NCBI GenBank assembly: GCA_047601445.1
Contig: JASGJH010000001.1
Span: 7,872,001 to 7,936,000, forward strand
DNA from: Myxococcales bacterium
Lineage (GTDB): Bacteria > Myxococcota_A > Polyangia > Polyangiales > DASUME01
Reading direction: 5' to 3'
Length of the DNA stretch: 64,000 nucleotides
The notes under the pieces were generated by a model that made no database searches, was not told the DNA's origin, and saw nothing but the letters and a program-made list of their open reading frames with translations. The position numbers and the translations under genes were made by a program. Below are positions 50,978 through 59,640 of this stretch, piece by piece. How positions within the stretch are numbered: position 1 is the first letter of the stretch; every line of letters begins with the position of its first letter.

Positions 50978-51931
50978 TCAAAGTAACGGGTCGAGCAACA
51001 CCTTGAGGCAGCCCTTGGTGCTTGCAGCCTCGAATGCACGTGTGGCGTCGGGCAAGGCGAAGCGCTGACTGATCAAGGGCGTCGGGTCGATGCGCTGCGC
51101 GCGCATGGCCTCGAGCGCGGGCGCAAAGGGACCGCAGCGCGAACCTACCAAGGTGAGCTCGTGGATCACGATCGGCGCGGTCTCGAGCGAAACGGCGCCG
51201 TGGAAGGTGCTCTTGAGCACCAGCGTGCCGCGCGGCCGTGTGGCCTCGACGGCGCTCTTCAAGCCCTGCGCGCTTCCGGTCGCCTCCACGACCAAGTCGA
51301 AGCTGCCTGCCGGCCGATCTGGCAGCTGGTATACGGTGACCCCGCGGCGTCGTGCCAGCTCGAGCTTGGCGCCGTGCTTGCCCACCAGGTGTACCTGGGC
51401 CCCCACCCCGGAGAGCACCAGTGCGCACAAGAGGCCCAACTTGCCATCCCCCAACACCAGGCAGCGTTGTCCGGAGGCTACCCGCACCTGCTCGAGGATT
51501 TCGTGGGCAGCCGCCAGTGGCTCCGTGAATACGGCAGCCTCGTCGCTGAGCTCGCGCGGCACCTCGAACAGATTCCGCTCGGGCAGGGTGACGTACTCTG
51601 CAAAACAGCCGTCCTTGCCGAGGATGCCCAGCACCGTGCGCTGCGGGCAGTGGCGCGCGAGGCCGTGCGCGCAAACGTCGCAGTGACCACAGCCCAGGTT
51701 GATCTCGCCGTTGACGCGCTTGCCCACCCAGGCGGGGCTATCTGCTTCCACCACGTGGCCCACGAACTCGTGCCCGAGCACGCCCGAGAATCCCATGTAG
51801 CCCTTCACGAGCTCGAGGTCGGTGTTGCACACGCCGGCGAGTGAGACCCGAATCAGCGCCTCACCGGGCCGGCGCCTGGGAACGTCGATTTCACGGACGG
51901 CGAGGTCGGGCGCGAGCGAAAGAGCGTGCAT
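50978..51931 (-). CDS. Zinc-dependent medium-chain dehydrogenase
   Basis: GVCNTD, GHEFVG, CGHCDVC.......C structural Zn site and GDGKLG. Confidence 0.92.
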   Translation of the reverse strand: MHALSLAPDLAVREIDVPRRRPGEALIRVSLAGVCNTDLELVKGYMGFSGVLGHEFVGHVVEADSPAWVGKRVNGEINLGCGHCDVCAHGLARHCPQRTVLGILGKDGCFAEYVTLPERNLFEVPRELSDEAAVFTEPLAAAHEILEQVRVASGQRCLVLGDGKLGLLCALVLSGVGAQVHLVGKHGAKLELARRRGVTVYQLPDRPAGSFDLVVEATGSAQGLKSAVEATRPRGTLVLKSTFHGAVSLETAPIVIHELTLVGSRCGPFAPALEAMRAQRIDPTPLISQRFALPDATRAFEAASTKGCLKVLLDPLL

Positions 51932-51947
51932 GGGGTTACGTTAGCGC

Positions 51948-52505
51948 ATGGCCTTGAAACCGTGGACCAAGCTCGGTCGCAGCGAGATGCTGGTGACGCG
52001 CATCTTCAAGCTCTTCGCCGAGCGCTGGGTCTCGCCTCGCACGGGTCAGGAACACACGTTCTCGGTGATCGACTCGCCGGACTGGGTGAACGTGGTGGCG
52101 TTCGACACGGCGGGACAGCTCATCCTCATCCGGCAGTTCCGTTTCGGCACCGGTGCCTTCACCCTGGAGGTGCCCGGCGGCATGGTGGACCTGGGGGAAG
52201 ATCCGCGCGTGACCGCCGGCCGTGAGCTGCGGGAAGAGACTGGCTATCGCGCGAGCTCAATCGTGGATCTCGGGTTCATTTATCCGAATCCCGCCATCCA
52301 GAACAACAAGGCTCACATGTTCCTGGCGGAAGGCTGCGTGTTCGAGGGGGCCGCCCAGCTCGACGCCGGGGAGGATATTGAAATCGCGCTCTACCCGCTC
52401 GACGCGGCGCTCGCGGCGCTCGAATGCGGCGAGATCAGTCACGCCCTGGTGGCAGTCGCGTTGCAGCGGTTCTCCATGCATCGAGAGGGGCGCCTCAGGC
52501 TCTAA
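51948..52505 (+). CDS. Nudix hydrolase (ADP-ribose pyrophosphatase-like)
   Basis: RQFRFG, EVPGGMVDLGEDPRVTAGRELREETG and LDAGEDI. Confidence 0.92.
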   Translation: MALKPWTKLGRSEMLVTRIFKLFAERWVSPRTGQEHTFSVIDSPDWVNVVAFDTAGQLILIRQFRFGTGAFTLEVPGGMVDLGEDPRVTAGRELREETGYRASSIVDLGFIYPNPAIQNNKAHMFLAEGCVFEGAAQLDAGEDIEIALYPLDAALAALECGEISHALVAVALQRFSMHREGRLRL

Positions 52506-52897
52506 ACGGCCGATGTAAGGCATGGTCGGTCGGTCGAGGCCGCGCTGGCGCGGCCGTCGCGCGGTGCGCGGGCGATTCGCTCCTGGAGCCACGGAAATCT
52601 GAGAAATGGTCACGAAATGTCCCGTAGCTGGGGCATGTCGAGCCTCGACCGCCCCCGGTGCTGGAGCATGGAAGCGTCGTCTTTTCGCGGTTCTGGCTAG
52701 CTACGGACCTGCCGGTGGTGTAATCATCGAAGTGGTTCTTGGCTCTGCCCTGAGTGCGCGGGTTGGGGGTCTGCAACCGCACGGCCTTACCGAAACCGCG
52801 CAACCCCGAGAGGGGCTATCAGCATGCCGCGTTAGGACACAAGCGTGCACGACACCAGGGCGGGCCTTTTCAGGCGACTGGCGAGGAGGACTCGGAG

Positions 52898-54178
52898 ATG
52901 AAAGCGCAGATCAAGGTCGGAGACGTCAACTTCGAGACGGACGTCGTCGTTGGTAGCGAGGGCGAACAGGGCATCGACATCGGGAAGCTGCGCGACAAGA
53001 CAGGCATCGTCACGCTCGACCCAGCCTTCGTGAACACGGCCTCCACCAAGAGCGCCATCACCTTCATCGACGGCGACAAGGGCATCCTGCGCTACCGCGG
53101 CATCCCGATCGAGCAGCTCGCCGAGCACAGCACCTTCGTGGAGACGGCCTACCTGTTGATCTACGGGCACCTGCCCACGGCCGACGAGCTCACCAGGTTC
53201 TCCACGCTGCTGACGCGTCACTCGATGATCCACGAGGACATGAAGCACTTCTTCGATGGCTACCCCTCCACGGCGCACCCGATGGCCGTGCTGAGCGCCA
53301 TGATTTGCTCCATGTCGAGCTACTACCCGGACGCTCTCGACGTGAACAACAAGGACGTGATCGACATCACGATCGCGCGCCTCATCTCGAAGGTCCGCAC
53401 CATCGCGGCCTACGCCTACAAGAAGTCCATCGGCCAACCCTTCGTGTACCCGAAGAACTCGCTCAAGTACGCGGGTAACTTCCTGCACATGATGTTCAGC
53501 GTGCCGGCGGAGCCCTACGAGGTCGATCCCGAGATCGAGCGCGTGCTGAACCAGCTCCTGATCCTCCACGCCGACCACGAGCAGAACTGCTCCACCTCCA
53601 CGGTGCGTTTGGTCGGCTCCTCCAAGGCGAACCTGTTCGCGGCCATCGCGGCGGGCGTCTGTGCGCTCTGGGGTCCCCTCCATGGCGGCGCCAACCAGGA
53701 AGTGCTCGAGATGCTCGAGGCCATCCAGAACGATGGCGGCGACGTGAAGAAGTACGTCCTCAAGGCGAAGGACAAGAACTCGAACTTCAAGCTGATGGGC
53801 TTCGGCCACCGCGTGTATCGCAACTTCGATCCGCGCGCGAAGATCATCAAGGTCGCTGCCGACAAGGTGCTCAACAAGCTCGGCGTGCAGGATCCGCTGC
53901 TCGACATCGCCATGCAGCTCGAAGAGGCCGCCCTCACGGACGACTACTTCAAGGAGCGCAAGCTGTACCCGAACGTCGACTTCTACTCGGGCATCATCTA
54001 TCGCGCGCTGGGCTTCCCCACCAACATGTTCACGGTGATGTTCGCGCTCGGTCGCTTGCCCGGCTGGATCGCGCACTGGCGTGAGATGCTCGACGACCCG
54101 AGCACCAAGATCGGCCGCCCGCGCCAGATCTACACGGGTCCGGTCGAGACCAACTACGTGCCGCTCGACAAGCGCTAA
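52898..54178 (+). CDS. gltA: Citrate synthase (type II)
   Basis: HADHEQNCST, LWGPLHGGAN, MGFGHRVY and YPNVDFYSG. SD GAGGAGGA/GGAG before ATG 52898. Confidence 0.97.
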   Translation: MKAQIKVGDVNFETDVVVGSEGEQGIDIGKLRDKTGIVTLDPAFVNTASTKSAITFIDGDKGILRYRGIPIEQLAEHSTFVETAYLLIYGHLPTADELTRFSTLLTRHSMIHEDMKHFFDGYPSTAHPMAVLSAMICSMSSYYPDALDVNNKDVIDITIARLISKVRTIAAYAYKKSIGQPFVYPKNSLKYAGNFLHMMFSVPAEPYEVDPEIERVLNQLLILHADHEQNCSTSTVRLVGSSKANLFAAIAAGVCALWGPLHGGANQEVLEMLEAIQNDGGDVKKYVLKAKDKNSNFKLMGFGHRVYRNFDPRAKIIKVAADKVLNKLGVQDPLLDIAMQLEEAALTDDYFKERKLYPNVDFYSGIIYRALGFPTNMFTVMFALGRLPGWIAHWREMLDDPSTKIGRPRQIYTGPVETNYVPLDKR

Positions 54179-54193
54179 CCGGGTTGCGGACCT

Positions 54194-54291
54194 CGGGATG
54201 AGCCTCTCATCCCGTAAACGTGCCCGTGCCCGTGCTCGCAAACGACTTCCGCTCTTCGGAAGAATCGTTTACGGGCACAGGCACGGGCACG
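54194..54291. repeat. Extragenic palindromic element between convergent genes
   Basis: Hairpin CGGGATGAG/CTCATCCCG followed by a long imperfect inverted repeat CGTGCCCGTGCCCGTG...CACAGGCACGGGCACG built on CCCGTG hexamers. Confidence 0.75.
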
Positions 54292-54322
54292 CCTACGTTG
54301 AGGGATCGATCCGACCAAGTTC

Positions 54323-55480
54323 CTAAGCCCGCTTGAGCTTCAAACTCGTGATCTCCGGCGGCACGAAGCTGCGCAGGGGGGGCCCCCAGTAGCAAGTCCC
54401 GCGATTCACGTAGACCCACATGCCGTCGATCTGGGCCAGGCCTTTGACCACCGGCTGCACCAGGCCGACGAACAGGTTCCAGGGGAAGAACTGCCCCCCG
54501 TGGGTGTGGCCCGAAAGCTGGAGCGCGTAGCCGAGCTTGCTCGCGTCGAATGCGCTGCGCGGCTGGTGGGCGAGCAAGATGCGCGTGGCGTCGGCGGGGG
54601 CACCTGCGATGGCTGCCTTGGGATCCGAGGTGTGGCCGGGGAACTTGTGTCCCTCGCGCTGATCGGTGACACCCGCCAAGACCAGGCGGGCTCCCTGGCG
54701 CTCGATGACGCTGTGCTGGTTGTTGAGCACGCTCATGCCGAGCTCGCGGAAATGGGCGCACCAGGCGTCGACGCCCGAATAGTACTCGTGATTTCCGGTG
54801 ACGCAGAACACGCCGTCGGGCGCGCGCAGGTAGGCGAGCGGGGAGAAGTCGTCGCGCAGCTCGTCCACGCTGCCATCCACCAGGTCCCCGGTGAGCACCA
54901 CCAGGTCGGGGCGCAGGCTCGTCACCTGTTCGACGATGGGCAGGATGAAGTCCTTGTCGATGGTCTGGCCCACGTGCACGTCCGAGAGCTGCACGATGTG
55001 GTAGCCGTCGAAGGCCGCCGGTAGACCCTTGATGGGCACCTCCACCTCGACCACCTCGGGAACGCGGCGCGCCTCGCGCAGGCCGATGATGCCGAGCACG
55101 GCGGTGCTGCCCACCGCGGCGCCGCCCGTGGTGTTGAGGAGGAAGCGCCGACGTTCGGCCGAAGGGAGCTCGGAGGCAGGGGCCCGGAGGCGACGGATCA
55201 GGGTGGGCACGCCGAGCACCAGATCGCGCCCGAGCAGCAACGCGAACAGGGTGGAGAAGCTGCCGATATAGGTCCAGGCGAGCCAGCGGTACGCGAGGGT
55301 CAGCGAGGGCACCAAGCGGTCGGCCAAGAAGACGCCGCTTCCGAGGAGGCACAACACCGCGAACAGCGTGTAGAGCAGGATGCGCAGCCAGCGCCGCGAG
55401 AGCGGCTGCACCAGGCGGGTGGCCACATACAGGTGGCCCAGGGCCCAGACGCTGTTGGCGATGATGAAGAACCTAAGCAT
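54323..55480 (-). CDS. Membrane-bound metallophosphoesterase (YkuE/YaeI-like)
   Basis: N-terminal TM helices, then SDVH, TGDLVDG, GNHEYY, LAHQP and SGHTHGGQ. Confidence 0.93.
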   Translation of the reverse strand: MLRFFIIANSVWALGHLYVATRLVQPLSRRWLRILLYTLFAVLCLLGSGVFLADRLVPSLTLAYRWLAWTYIGSFSTLFALLLGRDLVLGVPTLIRRLRAPASELPSAERRRFLLNTTGGAAVGSTAVLGIIGLREARRVPEVVEVEVPIKGLPAAFDGYHIVQLSDVHVGQTIDKDFILPIVEQVTSLRPDLVVLTGDLVDGSVDELRDDFSPLAYLRAPDGVFCVTGNHEYYSGVDAWCAHFRELGMSVLNNQHSVIERQGARLVLAGVTDQREGHKFPGHTSDPKAAIAGAPADATRILLAHQPRSAFDASKLGYALQLSGHTHGGQFFPWNLFVGLVQPVVKGLAQIDGMWVYVNRGTCYWGPPLRSFVPPEITSLKLKRA

Positions 55481-55536
55481 GGACGCGCCCCGTCTTTTGG
55501 CTGAACAAAGCGTCGCACTAGCATAAGTTCGAGCTC

Positions 55537-55950
55537 GTGGATTTTCCCGAGCGATTGGAAGTGATCATCGAGGTCCCGCGCGGGGGCTTCATCAAGCGCA
55601 AGGACGACGGCGGGGTGGACTTCGTCTCGCCCTTCCCGTGTCCCTTCAACTACGGCAGTGTCCCGGACACCGTCTCGGGCGATGGGGATCGGCTCGATGC
55701 GTTGGTGTTGGGACCCAGTGCGGCGCGCGGGACGCGCGTGGTGGGTAGGGTGGTGGGCCGCGTGCGCTTCGTGGACGCGGGGCTCGAGGACCCCAAGTAC
55801 ATCTGCAGTGAAGGGCCGCTCGGCGCGGCCGACCGGCGGCGCATCGAGCGCTTCTTCACGTTCTACGCGCGGGCCAAGCAGGCGCTGAATCTGCTGCGTG
55901 GAAAGCGAGGCACCACGGCCTATCGAGGCATCGAGCTCTTGCCTCCTTGA
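55537..55950 (+). CDS. Short family I inorganic pyrophosphatase-like protein
   Basis: IEVPRG..K, PFNYG, DGDRLDALVL, D....DPK and IERFF. Confidence 0.8.
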   Translation: MDFPERLEVIIEVPRGGFIKRKDDGGVDFVSPFPCPFNYGSVPDTVSGDGDRLDALVLGPSAARGTRVVGRVVGRVRFVDAGLEDPKYICSEGPLGAADRRRIERFFTFYARAKQALNLLRGKRGTTAYRGIELLPP

Positions 55951-55989
55951 ATGGTCGCGCTGCCCTGTCGGGGCGCGCGAGGCGTTCGT

Positions 55990-57480
55990 TCATTCGTAGG
56001 GATTGGCCGGCAGTACCTCCGCGCGGGATGCTGGTTTGCGATCCCCGAAGTCGAGGTCGGGAGCAAACGGGGACTTGAGCTCCACTTCCTTGAGCTCTCG
56101 TTCGAATGCGTGTGAAGGGGCCCTCGGCACGGCTTCGCGGGGCGGCTCGTTGAGCGTGTTCGCCGCGGGGAGCTCGCCGATCGCGGGGGTGGGCTGGGCG
56201 ACCAGCTCTCGCAGCTCGCGCTTGCGCTTATGGAGCTGCCTCACGGCCTCGGCCGAGTTGGCCACTTGTCCTTCGGGGGGGGTGATGGGCGCGCTGGGCG
56301 CCTGCATCGCCGAAAGCATGGTCGGCACGCTGGGGCGCACGGTCGTGGCGCTCGCGAGCTCCGGGGCCGCGACGGGTCGAGTCACCTGCACGGGGACGGG
56401 AGCCGGAGTGGGAGCTGCGGGCGCCCACAGCTGGACGAGCGAGAAGATGCCGGCGCCGATGGCCAACACCAGGCTCGTGCCGAGGGCCAGGTTCGCGTGG
56501 TTGCGCGGCGCGGGCGTGGTCTTTCGAGCGGCGGGTGCGGGCGCGGGCGCGGGTGCGTCGAGCGAGGAGGGCGAGTTGCTCCCCCACAGGGCGCGCGGAA
56601 CCTGCGCCTCGAGCTGGTCGCGCATGGCCCTGGCACTCTTGAAGCGCCGCATCGGGATGCTCTCCATGGCGCGCTCGATCAGGGCCACGAGCTCGGAGGG
56701 CAGCTCGGTGCGGTGCACGTAGAGCGGTTGATGCTCGCGACGCAACACCGCGGCGACGATCTCGGCAGGGTGCTCGCCCTCGAAGGGCACGCGCCCGGAA
56801 AACATCTCGTAGGCCACCACGCCGAGCGCGTACACGTCGGTTCGCACGTCGATGGGATGATCCTGAATTTGCTCCGGCGCCATGTACTCGGGCGTGCCGA
56901 TGATGGTCCCGCGTCGCGTCAGGGCCACCGAGCTGTCACGCCTGAAAAATAGGCTCCGGCTCACTCCGAAGTCCATCAGGCGCACGCTCGGCGTCCGGTC
57001 CGAGGCGAACTGCACGATGATGTTGGCTGGCTTGATATCGCGATGCACCACGCCGGCGCGCTGGACGGCCTCCACAGCGCGCAGCAGGTCACGCAGGATG
57101 AGCGCGCCGAGCCGCAGTCCCAGGCGGCCGCGCGACAACAGGTTCTCGAGGGTCGGCCCGACCACCTTCTCCATGACCAGGTACGGCGTGCCGTCGGGCA
57201 GGGTGCCCACGTCGTAGACCTTGGGCACGTGCGGATCTTCCACGGCTGCGCACAAGGCAGCTTCGCGCCGCAGGCGGGCCGCCGCGTTGGGGCCGTGCGG
57301 GCCCTCCATGTTCACGACCTTCAGCGCCACCGGTGAGTTCAGCTTCGTGTGCAGCGCTTCGTACACCACGGCCGTGCCGCCCTCTCCCAAGACTGCGCGT
57401 ATCTCGAATTGGTTGACGCGCGTTCCAATGGTCAGGGGTCCCAGATTCCTCACTGCTTTGACTTCGGTACTGCTCAACAT
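55990..57480 (-). CDS. Transmembrane Ser/Thr protein kinase
   Basis: GEGGTAVV, VALK, HRDIKPAN, DFG and GTPEYMAPEQ. TM helix, Pro-rich tail ending NPYE. Start uncertain. Confidence 0.92.
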   Translation of the reverse strand: MLSSTEVKAVRNLGPLTIGTRVNQFEIRAVLGEGGTAVVYEALHTKLNSPVALKVVNMEGPHGPNAAARLRREAALCAAVEDPHVPKVYDVGTLPDGTPYLVMEKVVGPTLENLLSRGRLGLRLGALILRDLLRAVEAVQRAGVVHRDIKPANIIVQFASDRTPSVRLMDFGVSRSLFFRRDSSVALTRRGTIIGTPEYMAPEQIQDHPIDVRTDVYALGVVAYEMFSGRVPFEGEHPAEIVAAVLRREHQPLYVHRTELPSELVALIERAMESIPMRRFKSARAMRDQLEAQVPRALWGSNSPSSLDAPAPAPAPAARKTTPAPRNHANLALGTSLVLAIGAGIFSLVQLWAPAAPTPAPVPVQVTRPVAAPELASATTVRPSVPTMLSAMQAPSAPITPPEGQVANSAEAVRQLHKRKRELRELVAQPTPAIGELPAANTLNEPPREAVPRAPSHAFERELKEVELKSPFAPDLDFGDRKPASRAEVLPANPYE

Positions 57481-57711
57481 CACCGCACGCTTTGGCCCTT
57501 CTCGGCCGTCTTCGGCCCTCTTTCGCACCCTTTCGCAAGCCGCGTGCCCGCACAAAAACGCACGCATCGCTACGAGATCACATGCTTTTCCACGACAGAG
57601 CGAGCGTGCGGTTGAGTGCGTTAGCGAGCTCACACGAGGCAAGACGCGACACCCAGGTGAGCGCGCCTCACAGGCGCTGGCCAAATGCTTCAGGGGCGAT
57701 AGAAGTCAGCG

Positions 57712-58314
57712 ATGAAAACCTTCTTCGTCAGCATGGGTTTCCTGATCGGCCTCAGCCTTGGCTGCGGCAGCAAGCAGCACGACGGTTCGGTGCCGGAGAA
57801 GCAGGCCTTCTTGAGTGCGGGGGCCGATGTCCCCGCGCTCGTGCGAGTGGATCATCGGGGCAAGGTCGTGTCGTTGCGCTCGGACACGCCGACGCTCGTC
57901 TATTTCTATCCGCGTGACGGAACGCCCGGTTGCACCAAGGAAGCCTGCGCCTTTCGTGACTCCTGGCAGAAGTACGAAACGGCCGGTGTGCGCGTGATCG
58001 GAGTCTCCTCCGACAGCGAAGACGACCACCGCAAGTTCGCCGAAGAGCACTCGCTGCCGTTCTCTCTGATCGCGGATCCGGAGCACGTGTGGTCGGACGC
58101 CTTTGGCGTGGGCACGTTCGCGGGCCTCGACTCCCGTGTGAGCTTTTTGATCGACGCTCACGGCAAGGTGGCCAAGTCCTACGATGACGTGGACCCCGGC
58201 GTGCACGCCGAACAGGTGCTGGCGGACGCGCAGCAGCTCGGTCTCACCGCCAAGCCCGCCGCCGTGGAGACGCCGCCCGAGGCCCCCTCGGCGACGCCGC
58301 CCGCTCAACCCTGA
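57712..58314 (+). CDS. Peroxiredoxin BCP/PrxQ with lipoprotein signal
   Basis: Lipobox SLGC. YFYPRDGTPGCTKEACAFRD and RVSFLID. Confidence 0.9.
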   Translation: MKTFFVSMGFLIGLSLGCGSKQHDGSVPEKQAFLSAGADVPALVRVDHRGKVVSLRSDTPTLVYFYPRDGTPGCTKEACAFRDSWQKYETAGVRVIGVSSDSEDDHRKFAEEHSLPFSLIADPEHVWSDAFGVGTFAGLDSRVSFLIDAHGKVAKSYDDVDPGVHAEQVLADAQQLGLTAKPAAVETPPEAPSATPPAQP

Positions 58315-59489
58315 GGCTTCTTGGGAGCGTTCTTCTGAGCCGGGAGTTCGCTGGGACGGAACGTCAGTGGGCGCTCGCCGTCCCAGGACAGCCCTGCGGC
58401 GAACTGCTGGATCGAGTCCACGAAGAACGCGTTGTAGAAGTCGCGTCCGCCGTAGTAGCGCGCGAACAATCCGAAGCCGGTGAGCCAGTAGGGAGCCAGC
58501 ACCGCTTCGAGCTCACCCGACAACTTCGGCACGCGGGGCCCGGTATCGGGAAATCCCGCGAGCGCCGTGCGCAGCGTGATCGAGCTGCGACCCCAGAGCG
58601 TGCGCGCCTCGAGCGTCGCGCGCACGCGGCCCCAGCCATAGAACCTGCGTAGGCCCGGATCGAGACCCCACGCGCCCGCGCGAAAGTTGCCCGCGACGCC
58701 GAACCCCGCAGCCGCGTGGGCGACGGCCACGCCGCGCGCGTTCAAGCGATGCACGCGGGCGTTCGCTTCGAGCAAGAAGCCGTTGGTCGCGAAGTTGCCG
58801 GACACGCGGTTGAGGGCCCTGGAAGGATCGGTCACTTGGGCGGTGATCGCGCGACAGGCCTTGGTGTCATCGCCGAGCGCCACGTCGAAGGTGCAGCGCT
58901 CTTGGCCGTTCGAGTAGTGAAAGAGACCGGTCCGAAAGCCGAACAAGGCGGGCGCTGGGCGATGCCAGATATAGAAGAGCTGCCCCGAGATGGTCGGACG
59001 ATACGACGGCATGCGCACGGGCTTGGACTCCTCGGCGAGCATGCGCAGGTCGCCCTCGAAGCTGAGCGTGGCGGCTCCAGACCAGTTCTTTCCCAGCAGG
59101 GCCTTGTCGCGCAGATCGTTGTAGAAGGGCAGGTGCAGCGCGTACTCGAGCGCGAAGATGAGCGGCTGGCGGTCGCCCTTGGGCCCCACCGGAGAGCCCC
59201 AGTAGAGATAGCTGCGGGGCAAGAACACGGGCGCGTCGGCGAGCGCCAGGTAGTCCATGGACTCGGTGGGGTCTTCCTGTTCGGAGGCGCTGGTGGGTTT
59301 TTTCTCCACGGCCTCCACCACGAGCTCCATCTCGGGTTCGCTCTGGGCCTTGGGCTCCTCCGCACCCGCTGACTGGGCGATCGACCAAGCCGTCAGGACG
59401 CCGCAGCTGATCCGCTGCCAACTTCGCGGACCCCTTGGCGCCGGGCGCTGCTGCGTAGGCTGAACGGGGGCCATGTCGGTTGCCGGCAT
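58305..59489 (-). CDS. Outer-membrane phospholipase A1 (OMPLA)-like protein
   Basis: SKPVRMPSYRP resembles OMPLA S.PFR..NY.P, GLFHYSNGQ matches the catalytic G..H.SNG, and a C-terminal aromatic strand LFARYYGG is present. Start uncertain. Confidence 0.6.
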   Translation of the reverse strand: MPATDMAPVQPTQQRPAPRGPRSWQRISCGVLTAWSIAQSAGAEEPKAQSEPEMELVVEAVEKKPTSASEQEDPTESMDYLALADAPVFLPRSYLYWGSPVGPKGDRQPLIFALEYALHLPFYNDLRDKALLGKNWSGAATLSFEGDLRMLAEESKPVRMPSYRPTISGQLFYIWHRPAPALFGFRTGLFHYSNGQERCTFDVALGDDTKACRAITAQVTDPSRALNRVSGNFATNGFLLEANARVHRLNARGVAVAHAAAGFGVAGNFRAGAWGLDPGLRRFYGWGRVRATLEARTLWGRSSITLRTALAGFPDTGPRVPKLSGELEAVLAPYWLTGFGLFARYYGGRDFYNAFFVDSIQQFAAGLSWDGERPLTFRPSELPAQKNAPKKPQG

Positions 59490-59640
59490 CGGTTGTCCGA
59501 GCGTGACCCAGTCGCCGCTTTCCAGCACGTCCCGAAAAACTCGGCCGCACACAAACACAGTGGGTCAGAAAGGGGCCACTCTGTGCCAAAATTGGCCCAC
59601 GCCATGGGGTCTTGTACCCATGGACGCAGGGGCTGGGGTC

